A DNA stretch of 55,066 nt from a virus. The DNA lies in the IMG/VR virus record IMGVR_UViG_3300014790_000001. One strand, given 5' to 3'. Within the stretch, counting starts at the first letter, position 1, and each line of letters opens with the position of its first letter. Below, piece by piece: positions 33,019-42,276 of the stretch. Both the position numbers and the translations under genes were made by a program. The notes under the pieces were generated by a model. It was not told where the DNA came from. It did no database searches and worked only from the letters and a program-made list of their open reading frames with translations.

Positions 33019-35300
33019 TACACATTAGCAATGCATATAAGAAAGCTATATACGGACGTAGTGACTGGTATCCATCTGCAAGGGTTACTTTCTTGGATGG
33101 CACAGTGTTAAATCTTGGCCGATCCGAATTTTTAATATCTGGCAACAACATTGTTGATGGAGCTGGTACACAAAGTTTGCCACTCGGCAATGTTGTTTCC
33201 AGAAAAATTACAGTAAAGCTGTATAACGCAGATGACAGATATAGAGTTCATAGCTTTCTTGGTGCCAAGATAACATTGTACAAGTCAATTAGCACGGATA
33301 TAGGTGATCTGACTATAAAAAGTGGCACTTATACCGTAATTGACCCGGAAAGCTATGGGGATACCGTAAGCTTTTCTGCTTATGACGATGCATACAAACT
33401 TGACAGAGATTATACCACACATTTAACGTATCCGCTCAGCTTAAAGGATATTCTGAAAGATTCTTGCAGAACGTGCGGTGTGCAGATGGATGTTACTTCG
33501 TTTTCTGATGATAACATCATGGTAAAGGAAAAACCCACAAATACCACTCACAGACAGGTGATCGGATGGATTGCAATGATTGCTGGCGGTAATGCGTGGA
33601 TGAATGCGGATAACCACTTACAGATTTCGCAGTATGACATGTCACTTTTTGACAATATAGCAGATACTGACGGTGGATGGTTTGATGATCCGAGACAGAA
33701 CTATGATGGTGGGCAGTTTGAGACAGACATGATATCAGAAAAGTATTCAACTTATGCGGAAATGTCCGGCGGTACATTTTCTGAAAACATTAGCGAATAT
33801 TACTACGACGACTTGGACTGGAGTTCCGAAAAATATTCAAGCGGTTCGAATGTTGACGGTGGATGGTTCGATGATGGATTGGAACTTCTTACAGATGATT
33901 CTTATGGAATTATGTACAGGTCTGTTGAAAGAAAGCAGAGAAATACATATCAACTGATAGGGAAAAAAGATAACCTGTTCTTGCTTAAAAGCGGGAATGT
34001 GCTTGGAGTACATTCGGTAGATGTAGAAGAAGCAAGTGGATACATTCTGACGGATGCCACGAACGTGTATACAAGCGGTGACATTTTGGATGATGGTAGT
34101 TTCAAATTGGTTGATAATTTCCACTTTTTAACCCAGTGGAAGACGGGGCTGACAACAGGAGTAGAGCCTATAGTAATCACAGGAATCCAAACTACAGAGA
34201 ATGAAAAAACGTACACATATGGTTCTGACGGATACATATTGAGTATAGAGAATTCACTAATCAAAGATAAGAGCTTACTGGTTAATACAGTCGGAGCAAA
34301 ACTTACGGGCGTATCATTTATGAATTTTTCCGGCGAACATCTTTCTTATCCTCTTGCAGACTTTATGGATCTTGCCTATGTTATCGACAGGAACGGAAAA
34401 GTAAACAAAACCATCTTGACTGATATTACTTTTAACTTTCTCGGTTTTACTTCGCTGAAATGTTCGGCCGAAAATGCAATCAGAAATAGCAGTAAGTACG
34501 TGACTTCTGAAACGAAAGCAGTACAAAAGGCTTCTGCAATGGCCGATAAAAAAATCAGCAAATACGATGAAGCTGTTCAATCCCTTACGGCATTAATGAC
34601 ACAAGGGATGGGATTTTTCAAGACGGAAAAGATACAGGATGATAAATCCATTGTATTTTATCTCCACAACAAAGAAAAACTGGAAGATTCGAACATTATC
34701 TGGAAAATGGTCGGGGATGCTTTTGCGGTATCTACAGACGGTGGAAAAACGTGGAATGCCGGACTTGATTCTAACGGAAACGCAGTAGTTAATGTACTTT
34801 CTGCCGTAGGTATTAACTGCGATTGGATACATTCTGGAACATTGACACTTGGTGGCTATAACAACCAAAATGGTGTACTTTCGATGCAAGATTCAGACGG
34901 AAATGAAATAGGGAGATGGAATAATCAAGGTGTGTATGCAAAAGGACATTATGTATCCGAAGATTCTATAGGTAGAAAAATAGATTTGCATAATGCAAAA
35001 ATTGATCTTTACTCATCTGGAGGAAAATATACAGGTTACATTTCTGGAGAATTAGATGGTATAGAAGCGAGAGCTACGTCTACGGATTACCTAAACATCG
35101 GAAAAGGTTATTCCGAATTTAATGTTTCAAAAAGATTACAACTTTTAAGTAAAAATCAAATTGCCATTTCTGCAAAGGAGATTGTGATTAATGGAAATAA
35201 AGCAAAAACAGGAACTGCCGTGTTTAGCGATGGAAGTTACTTAAAATTTGTGAATGGCAATTTAGTCGGTGGAAGAACTGCAAGTGGCACAACATTTTAA
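33015..35300 (+). CDS. tail-associated / baseplate hub protein (Tal-like)
   Basis: 761 aa in the position following the Dit-like gene. Confidence 0.6.
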   Translation: MIHISNAYKKAIYGRSDWYPSARVTFLDGTVLNLGRSEFLISGNNIVDGAGTQSLPLGNVVSRKITVKLYNADDRYRVHSFLGAKITLYKSISTDIGDLTIKSGTYTVIDPESYGDTVSFSAYDDAYKLDRDYTTHLTYPLSLKDILKDSCRTCGVQMDVTSFSDDNIMVKEKPTNTTHRQVIGWIAMIAGGNAWMNADNHLQISQYDMSLFDNIADTDGGWFDDPRQNYDGGQFETDMISEKYSTYAEMSGGTFSENISEYYYDDLDWSSEKYSSGSNVDGGWFDDGLELLTDDSYGIMYRSVERKQRNTYQLIGKKDNLFLLKSGNVLGVHSVDVEEASGYILTDATNVYTSGDILDDGSFKLVDNFHFLTQWKTGLTTGVEPIVITGIQTTENEKTYTYGSDGYILSIENSLIKDKSLLVNTVGAKLTGVSFMNFSGEHLSYPLADFMDLAYVIDRNGKVNKTILTDITFNFLGFTSLKCSAENAIRNSSKYVTSETKAVQKASAMADKKISKYDEAVQSLTALMTQGMGFFKTEKIQDDKSIVFYLHNKEKLEDSNIIWKMVGDAFAVSTDGGKTWNAGLDSNGNAVVNVLSAVGINCDWIHSGTLTLGGYNNQNGVLSMQDSDGNEIGRWNNQGVYAKGHYVSEDSIGRKIDLHNAKIDLYSSGGKYTGYISGELDGIEARATSTDYLNIGKGYSEFNVSKRLQLLSKNQIAISAKEIVINGNKAKTGTAVFSDGSYLKFVNGNLVGGRTASGTTF

Positions 35301-35312
35301 GGAGACAGGCAT

Positions 35313-35828
35313 ATGACAAAAACAGAAAGTGCGGTTCAATGGGCTATTAATATCGCAAACGATAACAGACATGGATACAGCCAAGCGAACCGGTGGGGGA
35401 ATCCAGACTATGATTGCTCATCACTCGTAATATCTGCATGGCAACAAGCCGGAGTTCCGGTAAAATCAAATGGAGCTACTTATACGGGAAATATGTACAA
35501 TGTTTTTCGTGCTTGCGGATTTACGGATGTAACGGCAAGCTGCAACAGAGCCACTGGTGCTGGAATGCAAAGAGGGGATGTACTGCTAAATGTTAAATAT
35601 CACACTGCAATGTACATCGGTGGTGGTCAGATGGTGCAAGCATCATCTACAAGAGGACATCCAGAAGCCGGGGATCAGACGGGAACAGAGATATGGGTGT
35701 GCAGATATTATAATTATTCGAGAGGATGGGATTACGTTTTACGGTATACAAAAGGCGGTTCTGCTGGCGGTGGAGGGACACCGACACAACCATCTGGTGT
35801 TTCTCTTGTAAGATGGATCCCTGGATAG
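35313..35828 (+). CDS. cysteine-peptidase-type cell-wall hydrolase (NlpC/P60- or CHAP-like)
   Basis: DYDCSSLVISAW (candidate Cys) and KYHTAMYIGGG (candidate His). Confidence 0.55.
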   Translation: MTKTESAVQWAINIANDNRHGYSQANRWGNPDYDCSSLVISAWQQAGVPVKSNGATYTGNMYNVFRACGFTDVTASCNRATGAGMQRGDVLLNVKYHTAMYIGGGQMVQASSTRGHPEAGDQTGTEIWVCRYYNYSRGWDYVLRYTKGGSAGGGGTPTQPSGVSLVRWIPG

Positions 35829-35840
35829 AAAGGAGAAAAT

Positions 35841-36260
35841 ATGGCTATACAGATGCGTAGGGGACTACTTGCAGATTTTGACGCAAGTAAGATGCTCCCC
35901 GGTGAATTTGCGGTAACTATAGACGAAGTGGCCGAAAACCAAAAAGTATTTATCTGTTTTTCAGCCGGAACATTTAAGACGTTGGCTACAAGAGAAGATT
36001 TTGAGCAAGACTTGGCGAATATCCAACAGGCTATCGAAGACGCAAGAGAAGCGTCAAAGACAGCGAATGAAGCTATCGACAAGGCTAACCAAATCATAGC
36101 CGGAAAGGTCGGAATCGATGATACACAGTTGAGTGGATCCACAGTGTATTCTTCGGAAAAGACAGATCAGCTGTACGTTAAAAAAACAGAATACGACAAA
36201 CTTGTTGAAAAAGTAAACTCTTTGGTAAGCGATTTGTCGAATGCTCTAGTAAGTAGGTGA
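35841..36260 (+). CDS. tail fibre protein with an Mtd_N-like N-terminus
   Basis: MAIQMRRGLLADFDASKMLPGEFAVTIDE resembles the fibre N-terminal (Mtd_N-type) motif. A coiled coil follows. Confidence 0.5.
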   Translation: MAIQMRRGLLADFDASKMLPGEFAVTIDEVAENQKVFICFSAGTFKTLATREDFEQDLANIQQAIEDAREASKTANEAIDKANQIIAGKVGIDDTQLSGSTVYSSEKTDQLYVKKTEYDKLVEKVNSLVSDLSNALVSR

Positions 36261-36264
36261 TAGT

Positions 36265-36996
36265 ATGGACCAGATATACATTGAAGCGTTGAACGAAGCG
36301 AAAACATTGTCAGATAATGATTACTTGCTCATAGAAACAAGCACAGAAGATCTAAAGATTTCTGTCGGGACTTTAAAACAACTGCTTTCCGTTGCTACAG
36401 CGGATAAATTAACAAATCCGTTTGAACTAACTCTTTCCGGCGATGCTACAGGGACAGCAACTATAGAGGGCAGTGAATCTGTTGATATTGATGTGTCTCA
36501 AATCAAAGCATCTTCGCTAAAAAACGATATTAAAATCAATGGTACACCGTTTGATGGGCAGGACGGAATAGTAACTGATCAATGGGGGAAAGAAAGACAG
36601 ATTACTATCGGTGGATGCAGTAGGAGCGTAAATGGCGAATCTGATATTGAATTTCCGGCAAACGAAGTCTTTTCAGGATCTGGACAGCCTTACGTCCCGA
36701 CCGCTGGTGGAGCTATGACAGGAGATTTAAAAAGGAACATTAATGATGCTGATTATACTGTTTACAGTGCTACTACAGAAACGACAGAATCTGGAACGTC
36801 TGTAAATATTAAATTTGGAGATGTTAATGCAAATCCAGTCATGCTCGGATTAAGCCAGCCAATTTGGAACAATGGCATAAATGTAAAAAAACTGCTTACA
36901 GAGGACGATATTTACGAGTTAGAAAGACGTATTAGTGAATTAGAAAGTATGGCTACACAAACATTATTTATTAAGGAGGAAGATATAAATGGCTGA
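36265..36996 (+). CDS. tail fibre protein
   Basis: ...FELTLSGDATGTATIEGSESVDIDV... and YVPTAGGAMTGDL are typical fibre motifs. Confidence 0.6.
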   Translation: MDQIYIEALNEAKTLSDNDYLLIETSTEDLKISVGTLKQLLSVATADKLTNPFELTLSGDATGTATIEGSESVDIDVSQIKASSLKNDIKINGTPFDGQDGIVTDQWGKERQITIGGCSRSVNGESDIEFPANEVFSGSGQPYVPTAGGAMTGDLKRNINDADYTVYSATTETTESGTSVNIKFGDVNANPVMLGLSQPIWNNGINVKKLLTEDDIYELERRISELESMATQTLFIKEEDING

Positions 36997-37471
36997 TGAA
37001 AAAGCGCAGAAAATCTATGGAAAATATATAAAAGAACTTCCACAAGTTACAGAAGTAAATGATACAGATGATATCATCGTTGAAGATTCTACACCGATTA
37101 CAAATCGAACAAAACTTGGTGTTATTTTCGATACGATTAAAAGCAGAATTGCATCTACGTGGAAGTTTTCAGAATTAGGGAACAAAACAATTCTGACGTA
37201 TATTACGGAATTAAAAGCAAAAGCCCCAGTATTTGGCACAACGTCTCTTATCGAAACACCTGCAAATACTTACAAAGATACTACTGTAAAATTCGGAAAA
37301 ACTTTTTCAAAGGCTCCGACTGTACTTGTATCTCTTTCCGGTGGATCACAAAATACAAAATCGTTCGGAGTGCAGGTTTTAAGTACGACCACCAGTAGTT
37401 GCGTTATTCGTACTGTTAACGGAAACAATTCAAGTGTGTCTATTATTGTTAACTGGTGCGCATTAGCCTAA
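36989..37471 (+). CDS. fibre-tip protein with an H-type-lectin-like C-terminal domain
   Basis: ...VKFGKTFSKAPTVLVSLSG.....GVQVLSTTTSSCVIRT......VNWCA fits the H_lectin pattern. Confidence 0.45.
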   Translation: MADEKAQKIYGKYIKELPQVTEVNDTDDIIVEDSTPITNRTKLGVIFDTIKSRIASTWKFSELGNKTILTYITELKAKAPVFGTTSLIETPANTYKDTTVKFGKTFSKAPTVLVSLSGGSQNTKSFGVQVLSTTTSSCVIRTVNGNNSSVSIIVNWCALA

Positions 37472-37542
37472 AAATGTGGGGAACATTGCCAACCGAAAAA
37501 CATGAGATGATTTCCTTATCAAACAGGGAAGGAGAAAAAAAT

Positions 37543-37728
37543 ATGGCAGCTATGAGCGAAGAAACCATGTGCGAAGTGATCAAAAGCTGTGCCTACGGTT
37601 ATACCGTAAACGAATTGGCAGAACACTACAGCATGGAAAAAACAGATGCAGAAAAGTTTGCGAAAGATCATGCATCAGAGATTACAGAAACGAAAGAACA
37701 CTTAAAACAGGAGGGATATATTGAATAG
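37543..37728 (+). CDS. hypothetical soluble mini-protein
   Basis: GGAAGGAG before ATG 37543. No TM segment, so not a holin. Confidence 0.5.
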   Translation: MAAMSEETMCEVIKSCAYGYTVNELAEHYSMEKTDAEKFAKDHASEITETKEHLKQEGYIE

Positions 37729-38716
37729 GATAGTCGATGTTTCTGAACACAACGGGAACATCGACTGGGCGAAAGTAAAAGCATCCGGCATTGTAGGTGC
37801 TATCATCAGATGCGGATATGGACAAGATCAGACAGGACAGGATGACAAAAAATGGCTGAGAAATGTATCTGAATGTGAGCGACTTGGCATCCCTTACGGT
37901 GTATATCTGTATTCTTACGCAAAGACTACAGGTGCAGTACATGGAGAAATCAACCATGCATTAAGACTTTTAAAAGGACATTCTCCGGCATGGCCTGTAT
38001 ATTTCGACAGCGAACAGCGAGGAACACAGGGCGTTGCAAAAGCCAACGCAAAAGCATTTTGTGACGCAATGGTGGCACATGGCTATAAAGCCGGAATCTA
38101 TGCATCTACATCTTGGTATAAGAACTATATCGGTCAGACATGGGGATATTCTCTGTGGATTGCATCTTACGGCTCTAAGTCCGCCGGAGTAGACGGAATC
38201 GACATGTGGCAGTACACGTCAAGAGGTTCTATTCCAGGCATTCCAGGTTATGTGGATGTGAACTATGTGTATAAGAATCTTGGTGGTACTGCAAAGCCTG
38301 TGCAGAAACCGAATTCTACACAGACCACAACAGCAAAACCGGTAGATGAATCTTGGAAAGGTGACAAGAGATATTACCTGGAAAACACCCGTGTAGGGGC
38401 ATGGCAGAAAGCTATGAACATAGGATTTGACACTAAAGTATTATCTGAGGATAACAAATTCGGTGTCGGCTCACAGGATTTTGCTAAAAAACATATCTTA
38501 TGGTCGGGGCAGACGCACAACTGTATCACGGCTATTAGATGGCTTAGACGTACCCTCAGAGACGTATATGGCTTTACGAAGTTGTCTTATAATGAGGGGT
38601 GGACAGACTACCTCGGGAAGTGCGTAGAAGTATTCCAGAGGAACAGAGGACTTACACCGGATAGAAAAGTAGGACTTATCACGACCTACTGGCTCTTATC
38701 CGGCATCGTGAAATAA
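37721..38716 (+). CDS. endolysin: GH25 muramidase plus C-terminal peptidoglycan-binding repeats
   Basis: VDVSEHNGNIDWAKVKASGIVGAIIRCGYG...WQYTSRGSIPGIPGYVDVNY (GH25). C-terminal PG_binding_1-like helices. TTG start after AGGAGGG. Confidence 0.88.
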   Translation: MNRIVDVSEHNGNIDWAKVKASGIVGAIIRCGYGQDQTGQDDKKWLRNVSECERLGIPYGVYLYSYAKTTGAVHGEINHALRLLKGHSPAWPVYFDSEQRGTQGVAKANAKAFCDAMVAHGYKAGIYASTSWYKNYIGQTWGYSLWIASYGSKSAGVDGIDMWQYTSRGSIPGIPGYVDVNYVYKNLGGTAKPVQKPNSTQTTTAKPVDESWKGDKRYYLENTRVGAWQKAMNIGFDTKVLSEDNKFGVGSQDFAKKHILWSGQTHNCITAIRWLRRTLRDVYGFTKLSYNEGWTDYLGKCVEVFQRNRGLTPDRKVGLITTYWLLSGIVK

Positions 38717-38750
38717 AATTAAGAGCAAATATTCTTTACATACAATACCA

Positions 38751-38789
38751 AAAATCCCACTACTGTTTTCTCGCCAGTAGTGGGATTTT
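38751..38789. terminator. bidirectional terminator between convergent genes
   Basis: Perfect 15-bp stem AAAATCCCACTACTG/CAGTAGTGGGATTTT. Confidence 0.85.
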
Positions 38790-38792
38790 GAA

Positions 38793-39368
38793 TCATTTAT
38801 TAATTACATATTTTATATCTTTTGTTGACCAGAAATCCGGCGCAACATTAATTTCGAAGCTCTTAAAATCTGTAGGTACTTGATATACGATGATTCCATT
38901 CATTTTCTTTCCGGAAGCAACTGATCCGTCTAATTGCGTTTTTCCCTCTGCTTCTGGGGCTTGCTGTCCGAGAATGTCTTGATTCAACGAATAATCATCG
39001 CAATAAGCTTCAAAGTTCGCTGCAGAACTAATATTGATATCTTTGGATGAATTGTTCTCGATGTTAAATTCAAGTATCAAAAACTCTTTTCCATCATCCG
39101 GTTTCACATATTCACTTCCGGCTGATTCTGTAGAACTTACTAATGTTACATTAACGTCTTTAAGAGATACTGTTTCACCGACCTGAAATTCTTTTTTCTC
39201 ATCCACTGTTCCCGATTGAGAACTTTCATCGTTTTTATCAGAAGAAGAGCTTACTTTTTTTGGTTCACTTTTGTCTCCTCCTGCCAACGATCCTATAGCT
39301 CCAATTACTACGAATACTCCGAACACTATAAGTATAGTTTTGAGACATCCACCTTTTTCCTTTTTCAC
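38793..39368 (-). CDS. membrane-anchored DUF4352-like extracellular protein
   Basis: GTG 39368 after GGGAGGA. TM segment, Ser-rich linker, then a beta-rich domain (...FLILEFNIENNSSKDINI...). The tracked start 39470 would overlap its neighbour. Confidence 0.6.
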   Translation of the reverse strand: MKKEKGGCLKTILIVFGVFVVIGAIGSLAGGDKSEPKKVSSSSDKNDESSQSGTVDEKKEFQVGETVSLKDVNVTLVSSTESAGSEYVKPDDGKEFLILEFNIENNSSKDINISSAANFEAYCDDYSLNQDILGQQAPEAEGKTQLDGSVASGKKMNGIIVYQVPTDFKSFEINVAPDFWSTKDIKYVINK

Positions 39369-39402
39369 TTTAATTCCTCCCTCATTATATAGTATGCTAT
39401 GA

Positions 39403-39888
39403 TTATATTCTATTAAGTATTTTCCTTTTCTTTTCTTCGTATTCTTGCTTATTGATTGCTCCACAGTCAAGAAGTTCTTTCAATGTTTTCAGCTGATTTA
39501 GATCATTTGCAACTTCTGCGGTAGATTCTGGTTTTTCGCTTATCTTTTTGTTTAGAAAATCCATAAATTCTTTATATCTTTTTTTGTAATCTTTTCCTAT
39601 AACCGAAAGAAGTAAAGAATTTGGATCATTTTTAACCGTCTTCTTCCAGCCTTTGTCCATCCATTTTATTTGCTTGGCCTGTTCTCCCGGAATTATAAAT
39701 TGTATATATCCAGGCCCCCACCAAACACTTGGCTCCTTGCATGTTATACCACTAATGTTTTGATAATAGAATTTTCTCCCTTGTTTTCGAGAATCTGTTA
39801 CATACATAGGAATAATCTCTACATATTCATCACAAGCAACAAGTTTCCCGAAAAAGCTATCTAATTCCAAGACCTTTTTATTCTGCAT
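39403..39888 (-). CDS. PH-like domain protein with a C-terminal SHOCT motif
   Basis: GGAGG before ATG 39888. C-terminal LKELLDCGAINKQEYEEKKRKIL matches SHOCT. Confidence 0.55.
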   Translation of the reverse strand: MQNKKVLELDSFFGKLVACDEYVEIIPMYVTDSRKQGRKFYYQNISGITCKEPSVWWGPGYIQFIIPGEQAKQIKWMDKGWKKTVKNDPNSLLLSVIGKDYKKRYKEFMDFLNKKISEKPESTAEVANDLNQLKTLKELLDCGAINKQEYEEKKRKILNRI

Positions 39889-39914
39889 ATAAGTACCTCC
39901 GCATACATAGTATG

Positions 39915-40649
39915 CTATCTTCTTAATACCGCAATCACAACTCCAAACCTTACCCATTGTTCCATGTCTTCAAAACTATTCGGATCAACTTCTATGACAT
40001 CACCGAAGCCGTTGATCGGGACTAACTTTATCTTACCTCTCTGTACATACCGCCTTATATACGCACGTCCTGTTTCTTTGTGTATAATAATCACGGTATC
40101 ACCGTTTCTTGGTACTCTTTTGGATATGCAAATGATATCACCCTTTACATATACAGGAAGCAAGTTGTTGCTCGTTATCCTTATACCACAATGTAACGTC
40201 TCACCGTACTTTTTTATGTATTCCGGACAGTATATCCGCTCTTCGTGTGAGGAATCCAATATCATACCGTCAGCCATCTCACCAGTGAGGAATAGAACAT
40301 CCAACATGTTTTCGGGATCCGTTTCCAACACTTTCATAGAGATTTCATAATCCATCTTACCAAGAATATACGCACGTTGCCTGTCAGTCAATTGCCTGTA
40401 CTTTCCCAATACCTCGTATTCCTTAGAAGAATACCCTAAGAGATCAGGGATAGATTTATGAGTTAGTTCCGACAACCTTAGTGCTAAGAAAACGTCAAGA
40501 TTATTAGTCTTTCGTGAAACGATGTTTTTGTATGTGGACACAGACACACCAAGCATCTTAGAAAAGAGAACTTGCGTAAAATCAAGGCTTTTCCGCTCTT
40601 CTTCGATGTTATGTGCGAAGTTATCCAACATTTCATTTTTCGTCAACAT
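39915..40649 (-). CDS. CI-type repressor: XRE HTH plus an S24/LexA-like C-terminal domain
   Basis: N-terminal FTQVLFSKMLGVSVSTYKNIVS (HTH). C-terminal ...VKGDIICISKRVPRNGDTVIIIH...IRRY...LVPIN. The canonical Ser/Lys dyad is not evident. Confidence 0.75.
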   Translation of the reverse strand: MLTKNEMLDNFAHNIEEERKSLDFTQVLFSKMLGVSVSTYKNIVSRKTNNLDVFLALRLSELTHKSIPDLLGYSSKEYEVLGKYRQLTDRQRAYILGKMDYEISMKVLETDPENMLDVLFLTGEMADGMILDSSHEERIYCPEYIKKYGETLHCGIRITSNNLLPVYVKGDIICISKRVPRNGDTVIIIHKETGRAYIRRYVQRGKIKLVPINGFGDVIEVDPNSFEDMEQWVRFGVVIAVLRR

Positions 40650-40830
40650 TATGTCACATCCTGTCGAAAAGGCTAATATCTTGGCTATTTTTCATTCTTT
40701 TTAATAAGAAAAATACGATAATTTAGCCAACATCTTGACTATAGTTTCGAGTTATAATCTATATAAATATTACATGTATAATTATAAAATAAAAATGGCA
40801 CTTGTCAAGCCATTGATAGGAGGTAATCTA

Positions 40831-40989
40831 ATGGGAAAGGACGAAATGAACAGCAAGAGCATCAAAACATGGACTGATACTTATGAAAACGAAATCAAGC
40901 GGATGATAAAAGGCATCCGTGACCCTCGCCTAATGCGGTACATCTATCTTGTGGTAAAAGATGCTATCAGTGAAAACATTGACAGATAA
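40831..40989 (+). CDS. hypothetical mini-protein
   Basis: AGGAGG before ATG 40831. Divergent from the CI gene. Confidence 0.5.
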   Translation: MGKDEMNSKSIKTWTDTYENEIKRMIKGIRDPRLMRYIYLVVKDAISENIDR

Positions 40990-41057
40990 CAAACATATGT
41001 TCTATAATGTAGGTAATCGCTACTGGAATGACGTGTCGGTATATTGGAGGGATTTAT

Positions 41058-41174
41058 GTGGATGAAGAAAAACGCAAAGAAGAACTTATTAAAATGATAG
41101 AAAACATAAAAGATGCAGATACAATCAAGTATCTGCATACATTCATAAAAACTTTTTTGGAAGAGTGGGGTTAA
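41058..41174 (+). CDS. hypothetical mini-protein (38 aa)
   Basis: GGAGGG 7 nt before GTG 41058. Hand-translated. Resembles the C-terminus of 40831-40989. Confidence 0.35.
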   Translation: MDEEKRKEELIKMIENIKDADTIKYLHTFIKTFLEEWG

Positions 41175-41524
41175 TCCTCGCTCTTTCTTTTTAACATTGA
41201 ATCGACCATATCAATAATAATTTTTCTGTCCCTTTCGGTTAGAAGAGCTATCTTTTTTAGAAGTTTAGCGTCTTGCTCTGCTAAACTTTCGGGCGGTGCG
41301 TCTTTTTTTTTCATTGGCACATCGAACCCCATAAGCCATAACGGTTCAACTTTTAGTACCTTTGCCATCTTCCCACTGCTTATGTTCGATGGTGCATGCA
41401 TACCGCTTAAATATTGGCTGATAGAAGCTTTTGAGACTTCGCTTTTCTCGGCTAATTCCTGTGGTATCATATTATTGTTATCCAAGGCTTTTTTCAGTCG
41501 TTTCGCTGTGATTTCATTCTTCAT
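41171..41524 (-). CDS. second XRE-family HTH repressor (no peptidase domain)
   Basis: IPQELAEKSEVSKASISQYLSG HTH. AAGGAGG before ATG 41524. Confidence 0.75.
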   Translation of the reverse strand: MKNEITAKRLKKALDNNNMIPQELAEKSEVSKASISQYLSGMHAPSNISSGKMAKVLKVEPLWLMGFDVPMKKKDAPPESLAEQDAKLLKKIALLTERDRKIIIDMVDSMLKRKSED

Positions 41525-41560
41525 TTTGTATACCTCCTTTCCTCTATATAGTAGCATAAC

Positions 41561-41640
41561 AAAGTTAAACTTTCAACACAAAAAGTTTAATTATTTTAAA
41601 CTAAAGTGTTGACAAAATAGTTAAATGGCGTTAAACTATA
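41561..41640. promoter_or_regulatory. divergent promoter / operator region
   Basis: TTGACA (41609-14), a 17-nt spacer, then TAAACT. At least 5 GTTAAAC/GTTTAAC-type half-sites, with two more at 41878-41894. Confidence 0.6.
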
Positions 41641-41669
41641 GTCAGAAACAAACGAAAGGAGGAAAGCAA

Positions 41670-41876
41670 ATGCCTTACACTTATAACAAACTTAGAGGTA
41701 GAATTATTGAAAAATATGGTTCACAGTCAGCTTTTGCCGATGAAATCGGAAGAAGCCAAGTATCTGTATCAAGAAAGTTGCAGTGTAAATCCGAATTTTC
41801 ACAAGAAGATATGAACACATGGGCGAGATTTCTTGACATTGGGTTAAGTGAATATGGGGTATATTTTTTTACCTAA
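41670..41876 (+). CDS. Cro-like DUF739-family HTH protein
   Basis: YNKLRGRIIEKYGSQSAFADEIGRSQVSVSRKL...YFF fits DUF739. AAAGGAGG before the ATG. Confidence 0.65.
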   Translation: MPYTYNKLRGRIIEKYGSQSAFADEIGRSQVSVSRKLQCKSEFSQEDMNTWARFLDIGLSEYGVYFFT

Positions 41877-41922
41877 AAGTTTAACATCGTTAAACTGCGA
41901 TTGGGTATTAGGAGGTGATAGC

Positions 41923-42276
41923 GTGGAATACAGTCCATTAGGTAATGGAAAGCCAATATCCCAGAAAGTGAGCGGTAATTGTGTAGAAACTACTTTCGAA
42001 AGAACGAACGGATTAAAGTCGGAATACGATATTTACGTAAACTGGATGAATCCGAATCAGTTAGCAGAAGTTTCATTTCAGTTGCCTTTCCGCGATTGGA
42101 AGATACTTGAAAACTCTGAGGTTTGGAAAAATCTGGATGAATTTCTGGCGGGAGTTCAAATCGAATATATTCCGAAGTACCACCGAGCCCCACCAATTGT
42201 AGCGGAAAAGGTTGTGTATAGAAGTCTGTTAGGTTCTTTAATCGCATTCGTTCGTGATAAATTGACTCGCCAATAG
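41923..42276 (+). CDS. hypothetical protein
   Basis: TAGGAGGTGAT 7 nt before GTG 41923. Purine-rich first codon positions. Overlaps the 3' end of the minus-strand ORF by 287 nt. Confidence 0.5.
   Translation: MEYSPLGNGKPISQKVSGNCVETTFERTNGLKSEYDIYVNWMNPNQLAEVSFQLPFRDWKILENSEVWKNLDEFLAGVQIEYIPKYHRAPPIVAEKVVYRSLLGSLIAFVRDKLTRQ

Noticed and set aside
35841-37471. Diversity-generating retroelement (the fibre has an Mtd_N-like N-terminus)
   Set aside because: No reverse-transcriptase ORF (no YxDD-type motif) exists anywhere in the window, and I found no template/variable repeat pair near the fibre genes.
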